Shown piece after piece: positions 63,105 to 64,000 of a DNA stretch of 64,000 bases. The notes under the pieces were generated by a model. It did no database searches and was not told the origin of the DNA. It saw only the letters and a list, made by a program, of their open reading frames with translations. Source of the DNA: Mobula hypostoma (Eukaryota); NCBI RefSeq assembly GCF_963921235.1, contig NC_086097.1, positions 221,838,001 through 221,902,000 on the forward strand, given 5' to 3'. Position 1 is the first letter of the stretch. The number at the start of each line of letters is the position of its first letter. The position numbers and the translations under genes are program-made.

Positions 63105-64000
63105 TATCCAAGTGCAGAGAGACAGAGGGGTGTAAAGTGAGGGTAGAAGCAAAAAGTACTAAGGAGAAAAGTAAAAGTGGCAGGCCGACAAATCCAGGGC
63201 AAGCATTAAAAAGGGCCACTTTTCAACATAATTGTATAAGGGCTAAGAGAGTTGTAAAGGAGCGCCTGAAGGTTTTGTGTGTCAATGCAAGGAGCATTCG
63301 TAATAAGGTGGATGAATTGAAAGTGCAGATTGTTATTAATGATTATGATATAGTTGGGATCACAGAGACATGGCTCCAGGGTGACCAGGGATGGGAGCTC
63401 AACGTTCAGGGATATTCAATATCCAGGAGGGATAGACATGAAGGAAGGGGAGGTGGGGTGGCGTTGCTGGTTAAAGAAGAGATTAGCGCAATAGAAAGGA
63501 AGGACATAAGCCGGGAAGATGTGGAATCGATATGGGTAGAGCTGCATAACACTAAGGGGCAGAAGACGCTGGTGGGAGTTGTGGACAGGCCACCTAACAG
63601 TAGTAGTGAGGTCAGAGATGGTATTAAACAGGAAATTAGAAATGTGTGCAATAAAAGAACAGCAGTTATAATGGGTGACTTCAATCTACATGTAGATTGG
63701 GTGAACCAAATTGGTAAAGGTGCTGAGGAAGAGGATTTCTTGGAATGTATGCGGGATGGTTTTTTAAACCAACATGTCGAGGAACCAACTAGAGAGCAGG
63801 CTATTCTGGACTGGGTTTTGAGCAATGAGGAAGGGTTAATTAGCGATCTTGTCGTGAGAGGACCCTTGGGTAAAAGTGACCATAATATGGTGGAATTCTT
63901 CATTAAGATGGAGAGTGACATAGTTAATTCAGAAACAAAGGTTCTGAACTTAAAGAGGGGTAACTTTGAAGGTATGAGACGTGAATTAGCTAAGATAGAC
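63105..64000 (+). mobile_element. Young CR1 LINE, start of ORF2 (endonuclease), runs off the window; same family as 1611-3660
   Basis: From 63266 LKVLCVNARSIRNKVDEL..GITETWL..MGDFN..SDHN; 63601-64000 aligns without gaps to 1611-2010. Confidence 0.95.

Noticed and set aside
1..64000. Prokaryotic defence, retron or DGR-type RT system
   Set aside because: All RT fragments carry CR1, Rex1, L1, Penelope or Gypsy signatures with eukaryotic tails and TSDs; no operon structure

Overview
Eukaryotic, repeat-dense, intronic or intergenic vertebrate DNA. The repeat mix (CR1 LINEs, V-SINE/HE1-like SINEs, Penelope-like elements, Rex1/Babar) suggests a cartilaginous fish, possibly a ray; this is inference. 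More than half of the window is transposable-element derived. It holds several CR1 families, including young near-intact copies and nested insertions, plus Rex1/Babar and their non-autonomous derivatives, an L1-clade LINE, two Gypsy LTR remnants (one with both LTRs and a tRNA-Leu-like PBS), Penelope-like GIY-YIG retroelements, an RTE-like 5'UTR fragment, mariner/Tc1/pogo derivatives and tRNA-derived SINEs. Nearly all long ORFs in the track are TE-derived or their antisense shadows. No host gene can be named; a few short plus-strand exon candidates exist (best: 56309-56358). The most notable signal is about 13 copies of a minimal hammerhead-ribozyme motif (consensus CAGTC-CTGATGA-AGGGTCTCGGCCC-GAAAC-GTC-GACTG) in Penelope terminal repeats. 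Most are damaged at the catalytic G by apparent CpG decay, and one sits as the loop of a ~60-bp hairpin. All family calls and boundaries are by eye and approximate.
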